The translations under genes and the position numbers were made by a program. From NCBI GenBank assembly GCA_001820175.1, contig MHOT01000001.1:1-50455 (forward strand): DNA of 50,455 nt. The letters are read 5' to 3'. The DNA comes from Candidatus Staskawiczbacteria bacterium RIFCSPHIGHO2_02_FULL_42_22 (lineage in GTDB: Bacteria > Patescibacteriota > Minisyncoccia > Minisyncoccales > Staskawiczbacteraceae). The notes beneath the pieces are model-generated. The model did not search any database. It had not been told where the DNA came from and was given only the letters and a program-made list of their open reading frames with translations. Shown in pieces: positions 9,328 through 18,423 of this stretch (positions within the stretch are counted from its first letter, which is position 1; each line of letters starts with the position of its first letter).

Positions 9328-9876
9328 ATGAATTTCCCTCATGATATTGATATTTCGAAGCTTTCAGGGCAGGAAATCAAGAATCTTGCGGTTTTACTTT
9401 TGAAAAAAATCGCAAAGAGTTATGATCCAAAGAAAGGGATGGGGGTAGAGCTTTTTAATGCTATTGCAAAACTTAAAGTAACCATGACGCCAGAAGCCGT
9501 ATGTTTGAGGTATAATTCCCAAAATGATAAAATTGAAGTATATCTTATACTGCGTTCATTAACCGATACGGCTTATCCTGGCCAGTGGCACTTGCCTGGT
9601 TCAGCCGTGCGTCCAGGTGAAGAAATTGATGATGTTTTTTTACGTTTGGAAAAAAATGAGATAGGTATTCGCATACTATCAAAAAAATTTGTTTTTCATT
9701 CCAATAATCCCACAGAACCAAGAGGGCATTTTTTTTCTTTGATTTTTCTTTGTGTACTTGATAGCGGGGATGGTTATGGTAAATGGTTTTTTGTAGATGA
9801 TCTTCCCGAAAACACCTTAATGCGTCATCGTAGTGTGATTATTCCTGCTATGGTGAAGGAATTTATGCAGAGTTGA
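9328..9876 (+). CDS. NUDIX hydrolase with a GDP-mannose mannosyl hydrolase-like box
   Basis: WHLPGSAVRPGE..FLRLEKNEIG variant Nudix box. Confidence 0.7.
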   Translation: MNFPHDIDISKLSGQEIKNLAVLLLKKIAKSYDPKKGMGVELFNAIAKLKVTMTPEAVCLRYNSQNDKIEVYLILRSLTDTAYPGQWHLPGSAVRPGEEIDDVFLRLEKNEIGIRILSKKFVFHSNNPTEPRGHFFSLIFLCVLDSGDGYGKWFFVDDLPENTLMRHRSVIIPAMVKEFMQS

Positions 9877-9892
9877 TGGGTATTGGAATGTA

Positions 9893-10612
9893 CTATTTTT
9901 CTTTATTTTTCATAAATTCCGCGGATTCGAACAATGTTTTAAAAGTCCCCGCATCAGACCAAAAGCTTTTTAAATTCTCATAAGTTGCCGTTCCTTGCTT
10001 GATGTAGAAATTATTTACGTCAGTGATTTCAAGCTCACCTCTTTTAGAGGGTTTTAATGTTTTAATGATGTCGAACACTTGACTGTCGTACATATAAAGT
10101 CCACTGCAGGCCATGGGGGACTTTGGCTGGCTGGGCTTTTCCTCAATCCCTACTAATTTTCCTTGGTTAAATTCTCCGATACCAAACCGATGGGCGTCAG
10201 TAACTTCTTTGAAAAAAAGTTTAGCTCCTTTTTCCTGATGTTTGAAGTTTTCTACGTGTTCTGTCATATTTTCATCAAATATATTATCCCCCAATAAAAC
10301 CACGATCTTATCATGTTCTGCAAAATCTTCTGCCAAACCAAGGGCTTGGGCTATGCCGCCAGAACCTTCCTGGTATGCAAAACGAATTTCCCGCAAGGCG
10401 AATGATTTTCCATTCTTAAGAAGCCGAAGAAAATCTCCCGGATTATTTCCACCCGTTACAATGAGCACATCTTTAATTCCGGCGGCCGCTAAAGTTTCCA
10501 GAGGATAATAAATCATAGGTTTATTATATACCGGCAATAAATGCTTATTGGTAACCATGGTAAGAGGTAGAAGTCTTGTTCCATTACCACCGGCCAAAAT
10601 AATTCCTTTCAT
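9893..10612 (-). CDS. rfbA: Glucose-1-phosphate thymidylyltransferase (short form)
   Basis: ILAGGNGTRL.P, KHLLPVYNKPMIYY, LGDN, RGELEITD. Confidence 0.9.
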   Translation of the reverse strand: MKGIILAGGNGTRLLPLTMVTNKHLLPVYNKPMIYYPLETLAAAGIKDVLIVTGGNNPGDFLRLLKNGKSFALREIRFAYQEGSGGIAQALGLAEDFAEHDKIVVLLGDNIFDENMTEHVENFKHQEKGAKLFFKEVTDAHRFGIGEFNQGKLVGIEEKPSQPKSPMACSGLYMYDSQVFDIIKTLKPSKRGELEITDVNNFYIKQGTATYENLKSFWSDAGTFKTLFESAEFMKNKEK

Positions 10613-11721
10613 ATGTTATATTGTTTTTTATAATATTCTAAGTATTCGCCGGTTTTTATTTTTTTCCACCAAGGTTCATTTTGAGTGTACCATAAAATAG
10701 TTTCCCTAATGCCGTCTTCAAACTTTATCTTGGGACTCCATTCCAGTTCGCGAGTTATTTTTTCCGGGTCAAGCAAATAACGCTTATCATGCTGAGGCCT
10801 ATCAGGAACATATGTTTTTAACGTGTGTGGTTTATGTAATATATTTAAAACAATATCGGCGATTTCTTCTATTGATTTTTCAACCAAAGTGCCTATATTA
10901 TATGATTCTCCAATTTTCCCATCTCTTAAAATTATATCAATTGCTCCGCAGTGATCCAAGACATGAATCCATTCTCTGCGGTTCTGACTACTTTTAAAAA
11001 GTGGCAATGGTTTATTTTCTAGCGCATTTGTTACAAATAGGGGGATTATTTTTTCTGGAAATTGATAGGGTCCGTAATTATTAGCGCAGTGGCTAATAGT
11101 TACAGGTAAGTGATAGGTATGGTAATAAGCCATTACGATATGATTTGACGCAGCCTTTGATGCGTTATAGGGAGTTTTAGGAGCATATGGATCAGTTTCT
11201 TTAAACATTTTTTTTTCATCAAGCTCCATATCTCCAAATACCTCACACGTTGATATATGATGAAAACGTTTTATGTTTGCGTCTTTCACTGCTTCTAAAA
11301 GAATTTGAGTGCCCAGTACATTTGTTTTTACAAAAATCCCCGGATCCATGATAGCGCGATCGTTATGCGATTCGGCGGCAAAATTCACAACCCAATCTAT
11401 TCCTTCTAATGCCCGTCTAACTGTTTTGTAGTCTGTGATATCTCCCTTGATAAATTTGTAATTGCTGTTACGTTCAACACCGGTTAAATTTTCAAGATTA
11501 CCTGCATACGTTAAAGCATCATAATTAATAACAGTATCATCCGGATATTTCCCAAGCCAATATTTTATAAAATTAGATCCGATAAACCCAGCACCACCTG
11601 TTACTAAAACTGTTTTATTTCCAGCAGATTCATTGTCATTCAAGTTATCTGACAGGTGGTGCTGGGTAAAGCCGGCCCCCCCTGTTACGATTATTTCTTT
11701 ACTCTTGGGTTGATTAGGCAT
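10609..11721 (-). CDS. rfbB: dTDP-glucose 4,6-dehydratase with a duplicated TGGAGF motif
   Basis: TGGAGFIGSN, LTYAGN, FAAESH, YNASKA, YGPYQFPEK; start moved to ATG 11721 because upstream codons run through a REP and the promoter. Confidence 0.93.
   Translation of the reverse strand: MPNQPKSKEIIVTGGAGFTQHHLSDNLNDNESAGNKTVLVTGGAGFIGSNFIKYWLGKYPDDTVINYDALTYAGNLENLTGVERNSNYKFIKGDITDYKTVRRALEGIDWVVNFAAESHNDRAIMDPGIFVKTNVLGTQILLEAVKDANIKRFHHISTCEVFGDMELDEKKMFKETDPYAPKTPYNASKAASNHIVMAYYHTYHLPVTISHCANNYGPYQFPEKIIPLFVTNALENKPLPLFKSSQNRREWIHVLDHCGAIDIILRDGKIGESYNIGTLVEKSIEEIADIVLNILHKPHTLKTYVPDRPQHDKRYLLDPEKITRELEWSPKIKFEDGIRETILWYTQNEPWWKKIKTGEYLEYYKKQYNI
11586..11667. repeat. ACCC(A/C)GCACCAC hairpin element inserted in-frame in rfbB
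   Basis: Perfect 16-bp inverted repeat ACCCAGCACCACCTGT/ACAGGTGGTGCTGGGT. Confidence 0.85.
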
Positions 11722-11751
11722 CAATTGATTTTTAGGCGAATAAATTATATC

Positions 11752-11780
11752 ATAATATAATAATTTTGTATTCATTGCAA
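11752..11780 (-). promoter_or_regulatory. Sigma70-type promoter for the rfbB operon
   Basis: Minus strand TTGCAA-17 bp-TATTAT. Confidence 0.5.
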
Positions 11781-11785
11781 TGTGT

Positions 11786-11979
11786 GTAACCCCTTCACAC
11801 CTCGTGCGCATTCCTGTCGTCATTGCGAGGAGCAGCGACCGCAATCGTGGACGACGTGGCAATCTAAACAAGAGTGACGATGGGATTGTCCCGATGGCTT
11901 TGTGCCATCGAGGATCCTCGATCTCATCGGGACTTCGTCACCCGCGTGCGCATCGCAATGACGGAGCGTGAGGGGTTAT
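11786..11979. repeat. Composite: GTAACCCC..CAC/GTGAGGGGTTA shell, REP 11818-11963, nested TCGAGGATCCTCGA module 11888-11933
   Basis: Three concentric inverted repeats visible in the sequence. Confidence 0.85.
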
Positions 11980-12003
11980 TGCAATGCTATTTTAACGGAA
12001 AAA

Positions 12004-13146
12004 ATGATGTCTGAACAAAAGATAAACGTAGCATTTTTACTTCCAACGCTTGAAACTGGCGGTACTGAAAGAAATGTGGTTAATCTGGTTAATAATATTA
12101 ACACAGAGCACTATGCTACATCTTTGGTACTCGGCAATATTTACGGGGACTTTGTCAGTCAGGTGCGCCGGGAGATTCCGATAATTGATTTGAAAGCTTC
12201 TTATAGCGTAGGACTTTTTTTTGCTTTGGTGCAGTATTTCAAGGTTCAAAAGCCCGATGTCTTCGTATCAGCTTTTCCCCGCATAAATATTATTACTATT
12301 GCTGCGAAAATTTTTTCTGGGGTACATACAAAAATTATTATTACCGAGCATTCGGTTTTTTCTTTTTTGCCGGTTATCGCCAAAACATTTTGGCGCGGGA
12401 TGTTTGCCCGTTTTTTTATGCCAAGCATATGCAATTGGTTGTATCCAAAAGCCGATGCCATTATTTGTGTCTCAAAGGGAATTGCGGATGATATTATAAA
12501 AACCGTAAACCGAGCTTTAAAAATTGTGGTAATATACAATCCGGTGATTGCGGACAATATATACCAATTGGCGCAAGAACCAGTTGACCATCCATGGTTT
12601 TTGGACTCAACTACTCCGATTATTATTGCGGTTGGGCGTTTAGTGGCATGCAAGGATTACCCGACTCTTTTTAAAGCTTTTGATCTGGTGTTAAAAAATC
12701 GCCCTGCTTATTTGGTTATTTTGGGAGAAGGTCCGCAGAGGGAAATATTAACGCAACTTGCCGATCGCATGGGGATTTCCCAAAATGTCGCCTTTTTGGG
12801 TTTTCAAATGAACCCATATGCATATATGAAAAAATCCTCGGTGTTTGTGTTATCTTCCTTGCAAGAAGGATTTGGTAATGTGATAGTTGAGGCCATGGCT
12901 TGCGGCACACCAATAGTTTCTACGAATTGTCCGACCGGTCCTGGTGAAATAATAAAAGATTTACAAAATGGCATATTGGTTCCTGTCGGGGATGAAAAAA
13001 ACATGGCGAACGCAATTTTAAAAGTTTTAAATGATAAAAATTTAGCAGAGAAGTTTTCAGTTGAAGGAAAAAAAAGAGCAGAGTTTTTTTCTATTAAAAA
13101 GAGCGTTAAAGAATACGAAAAAGTTTTCCGGGCATTAATACTATGA
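12004..13146 (+). CDS. GT4 glycosyltransferase
   Basis: GGTER, AVGRL, EGFGNVIVEAMACG. Confidence 0.92.
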   Translation: MMSEQKINVAFLLPTLETGGTERNVVNLVNNINTEHYATSLVLGNIYGDFVSQVRREIPIIDLKASYSVGLFFALVQYFKVQKPDVFVSAFPRINIITIAAKIFSGVHTKIIITEHSVFSFLPVIAKTFWRGMFARFFMPSICNWLYPKADAIICVSKGIADDIIKTVNRALKIVVIYNPVIADNIYQLAQEPVDHPWFLDSTTPIIIAVGRLVACKDYPTLFKAFDLVLKNRPAYLVILGEGPQREILTQLADRMGISQNVAFLGFQMNPYAYMKKSSVFVLSSLQEGFGNVIVEAMACGTPIVSTNCPTGPGEIIKDLQNGILVPVGDEKNMANAILKVLNDKNLAEKFSVEGKKRAEFFSIKKSVKEYEKVFRALIL

Positions 13147-14753
13147 TTAACATTTTAAAAGATTTTACCGCGATAGTAACGGATAAAAAGAAAGAGCCGA
13201 TATGTTATGCGGTAATGGCGTCGGCGCTTTTATTTTGTATCATAGGGTTTTTTAATAAGGAATTGGCCGTCGGTTTTTTTGTACTTTTACTGTTAAGTGT
13301 TGTAACAATTTTTACCATATATGAAACTGGCATCAAAGATAAAGAAATATACGCCATTTTTTTAACGGCTCTTTTGGTTCACCTTGCCGCCGTCTTGTTT
13401 ATTTATTACAGGGGGTTTCGACCGTTTGGCGGAGGCGCGGACTTTGCTTTATATGATCAAATAGCCCGGGACATAGCTTACAGATTCAGTCACGGAAATT
13501 TTTCTTTAGATGGTTTATATACCGACCATTTTTTTCCCGTTGTAATCGGAATTTTATATATGTTGACATTTCCTAGCATGATTATCGGTCAGCTTTTTAC
13601 CGTTTGGCTAGCTGCATTTTCTGTTTTATTAACTTATTTAATAGTGCTTCAAATAGGTGGAACAAAAAAAATAGCCCTTTTGACGAGCATTATTATTACC
13701 ATGTATCCAAGTTATTTGTACTTTGGAAGCGTGTTATTAAAAGATACGGTAGTTGTTCCACTTGTTTTAGCGGGAATATTGCTTATTTTAAAAATGGGAA
13801 AAAATTTTTCTTGGGTAACATTTTCGATGTTTTTTATTGTTTTAACATGCTTGATTAATCTTCGTTTTTATATCGGCTATGCTCTTATGTTTAGTTTTAT
13901 TTTTTGCTGGCCATGGTTGTCTGTCTTGAGTGTCAAGAAAAGAATTATATATTGGTTTATTATAATCTTTTTAATAGGATTTTCTCCTCAAATTGCAAAT
14001 AACGGGTATTATGGATTTAGTAGTTTTAAAAGTTTGGCTAACCCAGAAAAGATAACGTATTATAGGGAGATTGTGTATAATAATCCATCGTTAAATCCTC
14101 AACCAATCACTCCTCAACCAACTACGCCAAAACCAACTATATCAAAACCAATTACACCTCCACCAAGCGCTCCGCAACCAACTACGCCAAAACCAACTAT
14201 ATCAAAACCAACTACACCTCCACCAAGCGCTCCGCAACCAACTACCTCTCAACCAACTACCTCTCAACCAAATCCTCTTCAGCAAGAGTTTAATGGGATC
14301 GGGTCAACTTTTGAATTAGAAACCGGATTTGGTAAAGGATTTATTACATTCTTCAAAAATTCTTCCCAATCTTTCTTATACAGTTTATTGGGTCCTTTCC
14401 CTTGGCAATTGCGATACCAAAGACAAATGATGGGTTTGGTGGAGACCATTCCATGGTACATATTAATAATTGTTTCCATGTACGGTTTTGCCAGATTTAT
14501 CAAAAGAAGGGGGATTTTAGAGTTTTTAAAATTTTACAAGTTTAGTTCTCCGTTGTTGTTGTTTGGCATTTTAGCGCTAGGGGCTTTGTCTTTGTATATA
14601 AATAATTACGGAATTATCACAAGAATTCGCATACCCATTTTTATTTGTTTCATTGCAGTAATGTTTATAAGTTTTAATGGTGACCTAGAAAAATTTTATA
14701 GAAACCACCTTCGTAATTTATATAAATTAATCACTCGGTCGGAGAATAAATAA
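13143..14753 (+). CDS. Polytopic membrane protein (Wzy/GT-C-like) with a Pro/Thr-rich repeat loop
   Basis: Many hydrophobic segments, LLKD and PFPW motifs, located in a glycan operon. Confidence 0.6.
   Translation: MINILKDFTAIVTDKKKEPICYAVMASALLFCIIGFFNKELAVGFFVLLLLSVVTIFTIYETGIKDKEIYAIFLTALLVHLAAVLFIYYRGFRPFGGGADFALYDQIARDIAYRFSHGNFSLDGLYTDHFFPVVIGILYMLTFPSMIIGQLFTVWLAAFSVLLTYLIVLQIGGTKKIALLTSIIITMYPSYLYFGSVLLKDTVVVPLVLAGILLILKMGKNFSWVTFSMFFIVLTCLINLRFYIGYALMFSFIFCWPWLSVLSVKKRIIYWFIIIFLIGFSPQIANNGYYGFSSFKSLANPEKITYYREIVYNNPSLNPQPITPQPTTPKPTISKPITPPPSAPQPTTPKPTISKPTTPPPSAPQPTTSQPTTSQPNPLQQEFNGIGSTFELETGFGKGFITFFKNSSQSFLYSLLGPFPWQLRYQRQMMGLVETIPWYILIIVSMYGFARFIKRRGILEFLKFYKFSSPLLLFGILALGALSLYINNYGIITRIRIPIFICFIAVMFISFNGDLEKFYRNHLRNLYKLITRSENK
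14097..14270 (+). repeat. Coding tandem repeat (60 bp x2 plus 15 bp x2)
   Basis: Encodes PQPTTPKPTISKP(I/T)TPPPSA x2, then QPTTS x2. Confidence 0.9.
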
Positions 14754-14790
14754 CGATTGAGTTATTTATTCTCCTCCCTCCTTCATAATT

Positions 14791-15735
14791 ATGAAAAAAT
14801 ACTTAATACTTGGAGGCGCTGGGTTCATCGCCTCCCATTTATCCGAGGCGCTTTTGGATCAGGGAAATAAGGTAGTAATTATAGACACATTGTCCGTTAC
14901 GCTTGCCCCAAATCTTACCACTTATAAAATAAATATTGAAAATGCAAAAAAAGTTGCCAGTGTTTTTCAAAAAGAAAAGCCGGATTTTGTATTCCATTTA
15001 GCAGGCGCGATTAATTTAAGAAGAGCAATAACCGACCCGCTTTTTTTAAAAGACCTGGATTTTTTATCACGCACCAAAATTGTTTTAGATGCTTGTATTA
15101 AATATAATGTCAAAAAAATAATTTTCATTTCCAGTGGGGGGGCCATTTATGAAAATGCTACAATAGTTCCCACCAAAGAAGATTATAATGCTCACCCAAC
15201 ATCTTTGTATGGATTAGCAAATTTAGCAATAGAAAAATATATAGAGGCGTACTGCGTTCCTACGGTACATCTTGTGAAGGGAGACAAATATTATCATTTG
15301 GATTTTACTATTGCGCGCGTAAGTAACGCCTATGGGCCAAGGCAATGGCAAAGCGGATTTGTCCCGGCTGTGATTGCAAAAATACTAAACAACGAAAGGC
15401 CGGTTATTTATGGTACAGGAAATCAAACTAGGGATTTTATATACATCGATGATGTTATTGGATTATTAATTGTGCTGGCAGAAAAAGGCAAAAACGATAT
15501 TTACAATGTGGGAAGCGGCAAGGAAGTAAGCTTAAATAAAGTGTTGAAATTAACAGGAGAATTATTGGGTGTTAACATTAAACCGGTGTATAAAAATTCA
15601 AGTATTCAAGAAACTCAAAGAAGCGCAGTAGATATCAAAAAAATAAAAAAGGAATTGGGTTTTATTCCAAAAATTAGTATGAAAGAGGGTTTGCTAAAAA
15701 CCATTGAATCGTTTCAAAAAAATGAGAAACCATAA
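14791..15735 (+). CDS. UDP-glucose 4-epimerase-like NAD-dependent epimerase
   Basis: GGAGFIAS, SSGGAIY, NAYGPRQ, QTRDFIY; YxxxK appears as YGLAN; apparent insert VPTVHLVKGD. Confidence 0.85.
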   Translation: MKKYLILGGAGFIASHLSEALLDQGNKVVIIDTLSVTLAPNLTTYKINIENAKKVASVFQKEKPDFVFHLAGAINLRRAITDPLFLKDLDFLSRTKIVLDACIKYNVKKIIFISSGGAIYENATIVPTKEDYNAHPTSLYGLANLAIEKYIEAYCVPTVHLVKGDKYYHLDFTIARVSNAYGPRQWQSGFVPAVIAKILNNERPVIYGTGNQTRDFIYIDDVIGLLIVLAEKGKNDIYNVGSGKEVSLNKVLKLTGELLGVNIKPVYKNSSIQETQRSAVDIKKIKKELGFIPKISMKEGLLKTIESFQKNEKP

Positions 15736-16879
15736 AATTTGTTTTGTTGCGGCCGTTGATATAACCATAAAGTTTTTGTTGTTTTCTGAATTGAAATTCT
15801 TTAAAAATAAGGGATATGATGTATGCGTGGTATGTTCTCCGGGCAAGTGGCTTCAAGATATTAAAAAAGAAGGGATAACCGTAAAAGAAATAACCATAAA
15901 AAGAAATATTTTCAGTCCAGTTTCAGATGTGATTTCATTTGTTAAATTATTTCTTTATTTTAGAAAAGAAAGATTTGACCTGGTGCTTACTTATACCCCA
16001 AAGCCAGGACTTTTAGGTTGCCTGGCTGCCAAGGTAGCTGGTGTGCCCATAGTGGCCAACACTATTTTTGGTTATTATTTTCACGAGCGTACATCCTATC
16101 TTAAAAAGCGATTTTTTATTTTTATTGAAAAAGTTTCAGCTAAATGTTGCGATATTGTATTTTTCAGAAATAAAGAGGATTTTGAAACTTCCAAAAAAGA
16201 ACGTATTGTAAAACCCGCTTTGGCAGAATATATTGGCGACGGCATTGATATTGAAAAGTTTAACCGAGTAAGATTTTCACCGGATTTTATCCAAGAAAAA
16301 AAGAAAGAATTGGGAATTAATTTGGGGGTTCCCATCATTGGAATTGTCGCCAGATTGGTGCGTGAAAAAGGATATATGGAACTACTCGCGGCATTTGAGC
16401 GTGTTTTAGTAAAATTTCCTAATGCCTTGCTACTTGTAGTTGGTTCAGCCGATTTGCAAAAAAAAGACAGTGTAGACCCGCGCATCATCAAAAGTTTTGG
16501 CATAGAGAAGAGTACTATATTATTGGGCGAAAGAATCGATGTAGATGAGCTTTTTTCTGTGATGGATATGTTTGTTTTGCCTTCGTATCGAGAGGGTTTT
16601 CCGCACAGTATTATGGAAGCCAGCGCCATGGCGCTTCCCGTTGTAACCACAGATGTTCGGGGATGTCGGAGCGCGGTTGATGGCAATATTACTGGCCTAA
16701 TTGTTCCACCAAAAGATTCAGATGCGCTGGCGCAATCTTTGATAAATCTTTTATCAAATACCGGTGCTGCAAAAAGAATGGGAAAACTGGGTAGAATAAA
16801 AGCACAGCAAGAATTTGATGAAAGAATACTTTTTAGGAAAATGGAAGAAAAAATTAACAAATTGATAAAAAATGCATGA
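15722..16879 (+). CDS. GT4 glycosyltransferase (CapM/PglA-like)
   Basis: TPKPGLLG, ARLVREKG, PSYREGFP..MEA. Confidence 0.9.
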   Translation: MRNHKICFVAAVDITIKFLLFSELKFFKNKGYDVCVVCSPGKWLQDIKKEGITVKEITIKRNIFSPVSDVISFVKLFLYFRKERFDLVLTYTPKPGLLGCLAAKVAGVPIVANTIFGYYFHERTSYLKKRFFIFIEKVSAKCCDIVFFRNKEDFETSKKERIVKPALAEYIGDGIDIEKFNRVRFSPDFIQEKKKELGINLGVPIIGIVARLVREKGYMELLAAFERVLVKFPNALLLVVGSADLQKKDSVDPRIIKSFGIEKSTILLGERIDVDELFSVMDMFVLPSYREGFPHSIMEASAMALPVVTTDVRGCRSAVDGNITGLIVPPKDSDALAQSLINLLSNTGAAKRMGKLGRIKAQQEFDERILFRKMEEKINKLIKNA

Positions 16880-17466
16880 TAATTTGTCTGGCAGAAAAAA
16901 ATGATGCATTGGCAATGGCGCAAATCCACAAAACCGAAATTAACAAAGGGTTTTTAAGTTCGCTTAACATTTCTTTTTTAAAAAATTTATACGAAGCAAT
17001 TATTTTGTCATCCGCCAGTTTTTGTGTGGTGGCCAAAGAGGGTGACCAGGTCACGGGCTTTATTTCCGGTGTTACCAGTATTAAAAAACTATACCGATAT
17101 TTTTTCGCCCATTATTTTTTGTCATCATCAACGGTGCTTTTTAAAAAATTATTCAGCCTGTCATTTATAAAAAAAGTATTTGAAACGTTGCTTTATTCAT
17201 CCAAAGAACAATCGCTTCCGTCGGCGGAATTATTAACTATGGCGGTCAAGCAACAATTCCAGGGCAAGGGAATTGCCAGCCAAATGCTATTTACATTTTT
17301 GGCTGAAATGAAAAAAAGAAATATCCAGCAATTTAAGGTGTTGGTAGGGGAGGAGCTGGCGCCGGCGATTCACTTTTACGAAAAAAATGGATTTACCTTT
17401 TTTAAAAATACTACCGTTCATCAAGGCAAATCGTCAAGAGTGTATATTTATAAAATGGTAAATTAA
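16876..17466 (+). CDS. GNAT family N-acetyltransferase
   Basis: AV..QFQGKGIA acetyl-CoA motif, AIHFYEKNGF. Confidence 0.85.
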   Translation: MIICLAEKNDALAMAQIHKTEINKGFLSSLNISFLKNLYEAIILSSASFCVVAKEGDQVTGFISGVTSIKKLYRYFFAHYFLSSSTVLFKKLFSLSFIKKVFETLLYSSKEQSLPSAELLTMAVKQQFQGKGIASQMLFTFLAEMKKRNIQQFKVLVGEELAPAIHFYEKNGFTFFKNTTVHQGKSSRVYIYKMVN

Positions 17467-17469
17467 ATT

Positions 17470-18423
17470 ATGGATACAATCATTATTATTTCGGTGTTAC
17501 TGTTTATGTTTTTTCCACCATTTTTTGTTGGCATGTTTTTAATATATCTTTTAAAAAAGTTTTCTGAAAAAACGAATTTTTTAGTTGATATACCAGGGGG
17601 CGATATTTTAAAAATTCATACAAAAAATATTCCGCTTTTGGGCGGGTTGGCAATGGTGGTTTCTTTAATCATTGGTCTGTCGTTTTTTTTAGAGCAAGAT
17701 ATTTATTTGAAAGTTATAGGATTTACTTTGGGTCTTTTTATTATATTTTTACTTGGTTTTTGGGATGATCTCAAATGGAAACATATTTCCACCATAAAAC
17801 CATTTTTGAAATTCGTCCTTTTGATTTTATGCACATTTATTCCGTCGATTATTTTATCAGCTATCGGCATAAGTTTTAATTTTTTTCCTTATTATATTAT
17901 TTCCATAATCTTGGGTTTTGCCTATATTTTTGTGGTAATAAATGCGATAAATTACCAAGATGGCATAGATGGCTTGGCTGGGGGATTGGTTTGTATTTCC
18001 TTAGTAGGTTTTGCCGTAATTAGCTGGTTTTCATATGATAGTTTTACGTTAATGATTTCTATGGTCGCCCTGGGATCAGTTATTGCTTTCCTAATGTTTA
18101 ATCTTCCGCCAGCCAAAATGTTTATGGGGGATTCTGGTGCCTACTCTTTAGGATTTATTCTAGCAGTTTTAGCCATGTTATTTTCAAAATCATATAATAT
18201 GTACAGTGTTTTGGGGCCGGTGTTTATTATCGGTCTGCCCATATTTGACGGAATATACGCTAATATAAGAAGGATAGTAGCGGGGAAATCCATATTTTTA
18301 GGTGACAGGTCGCATTTTTATGATAAACTGATGCAAAAGGGGCTTTCTGTTAAAAGAACTCTTTTGGTTTGCTACTCTTTACAAATTGCGTTAGTTTTAA
18401 TGGGTGTACTAATGTATGCATAA
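17470..18423 (+). CDS. WecA/TagO (MraY-like) undecaprenyl-phosphate GlcNAc-1-phosphate transferase
   Basis: P.LGG, GFWDD, NAINYQDGIDGLA, FMGDSGA. Confidence 0.88.
   Translation: MDTIIIISVLLFMFFPPFFVGMFLIYLLKKFSEKTNFLVDIPGGDILKIHTKNIPLLGGLAMVVSLIIGLSFFLEQDIYLKVIGFTLGLFIIFLLGFWDDLKWKHISTIKPFLKFVLLILCTFIPSIILSAIGISFNFFPYYIISIILGFAYIFVVINAINYQDGIDGLAGGLVCISLVGFAVISWFSYDSFTLMISMVALGSVIAFLMFNLPPAKMFMGDSGAYSLGFILAVLAMLFSKSYNMYSVLGPVFIIGLPIFDGIYANIRRIVAGKSIFLGDRSHFYDKLMQKGLSVKRTLLVCYSLQIALVLMGVLMYA

Noticed and set aside
11722-12003. N-terminal extensions of rfbB and the GT4 gene, and ORF 11780-11971
   Set aside because: Derived from the REP composite and promoter DNA
16096-16929. 277-aa minus-strand ORF and similar long antisense ORFs
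   Set aside because: Shadow frames of well-supported genes
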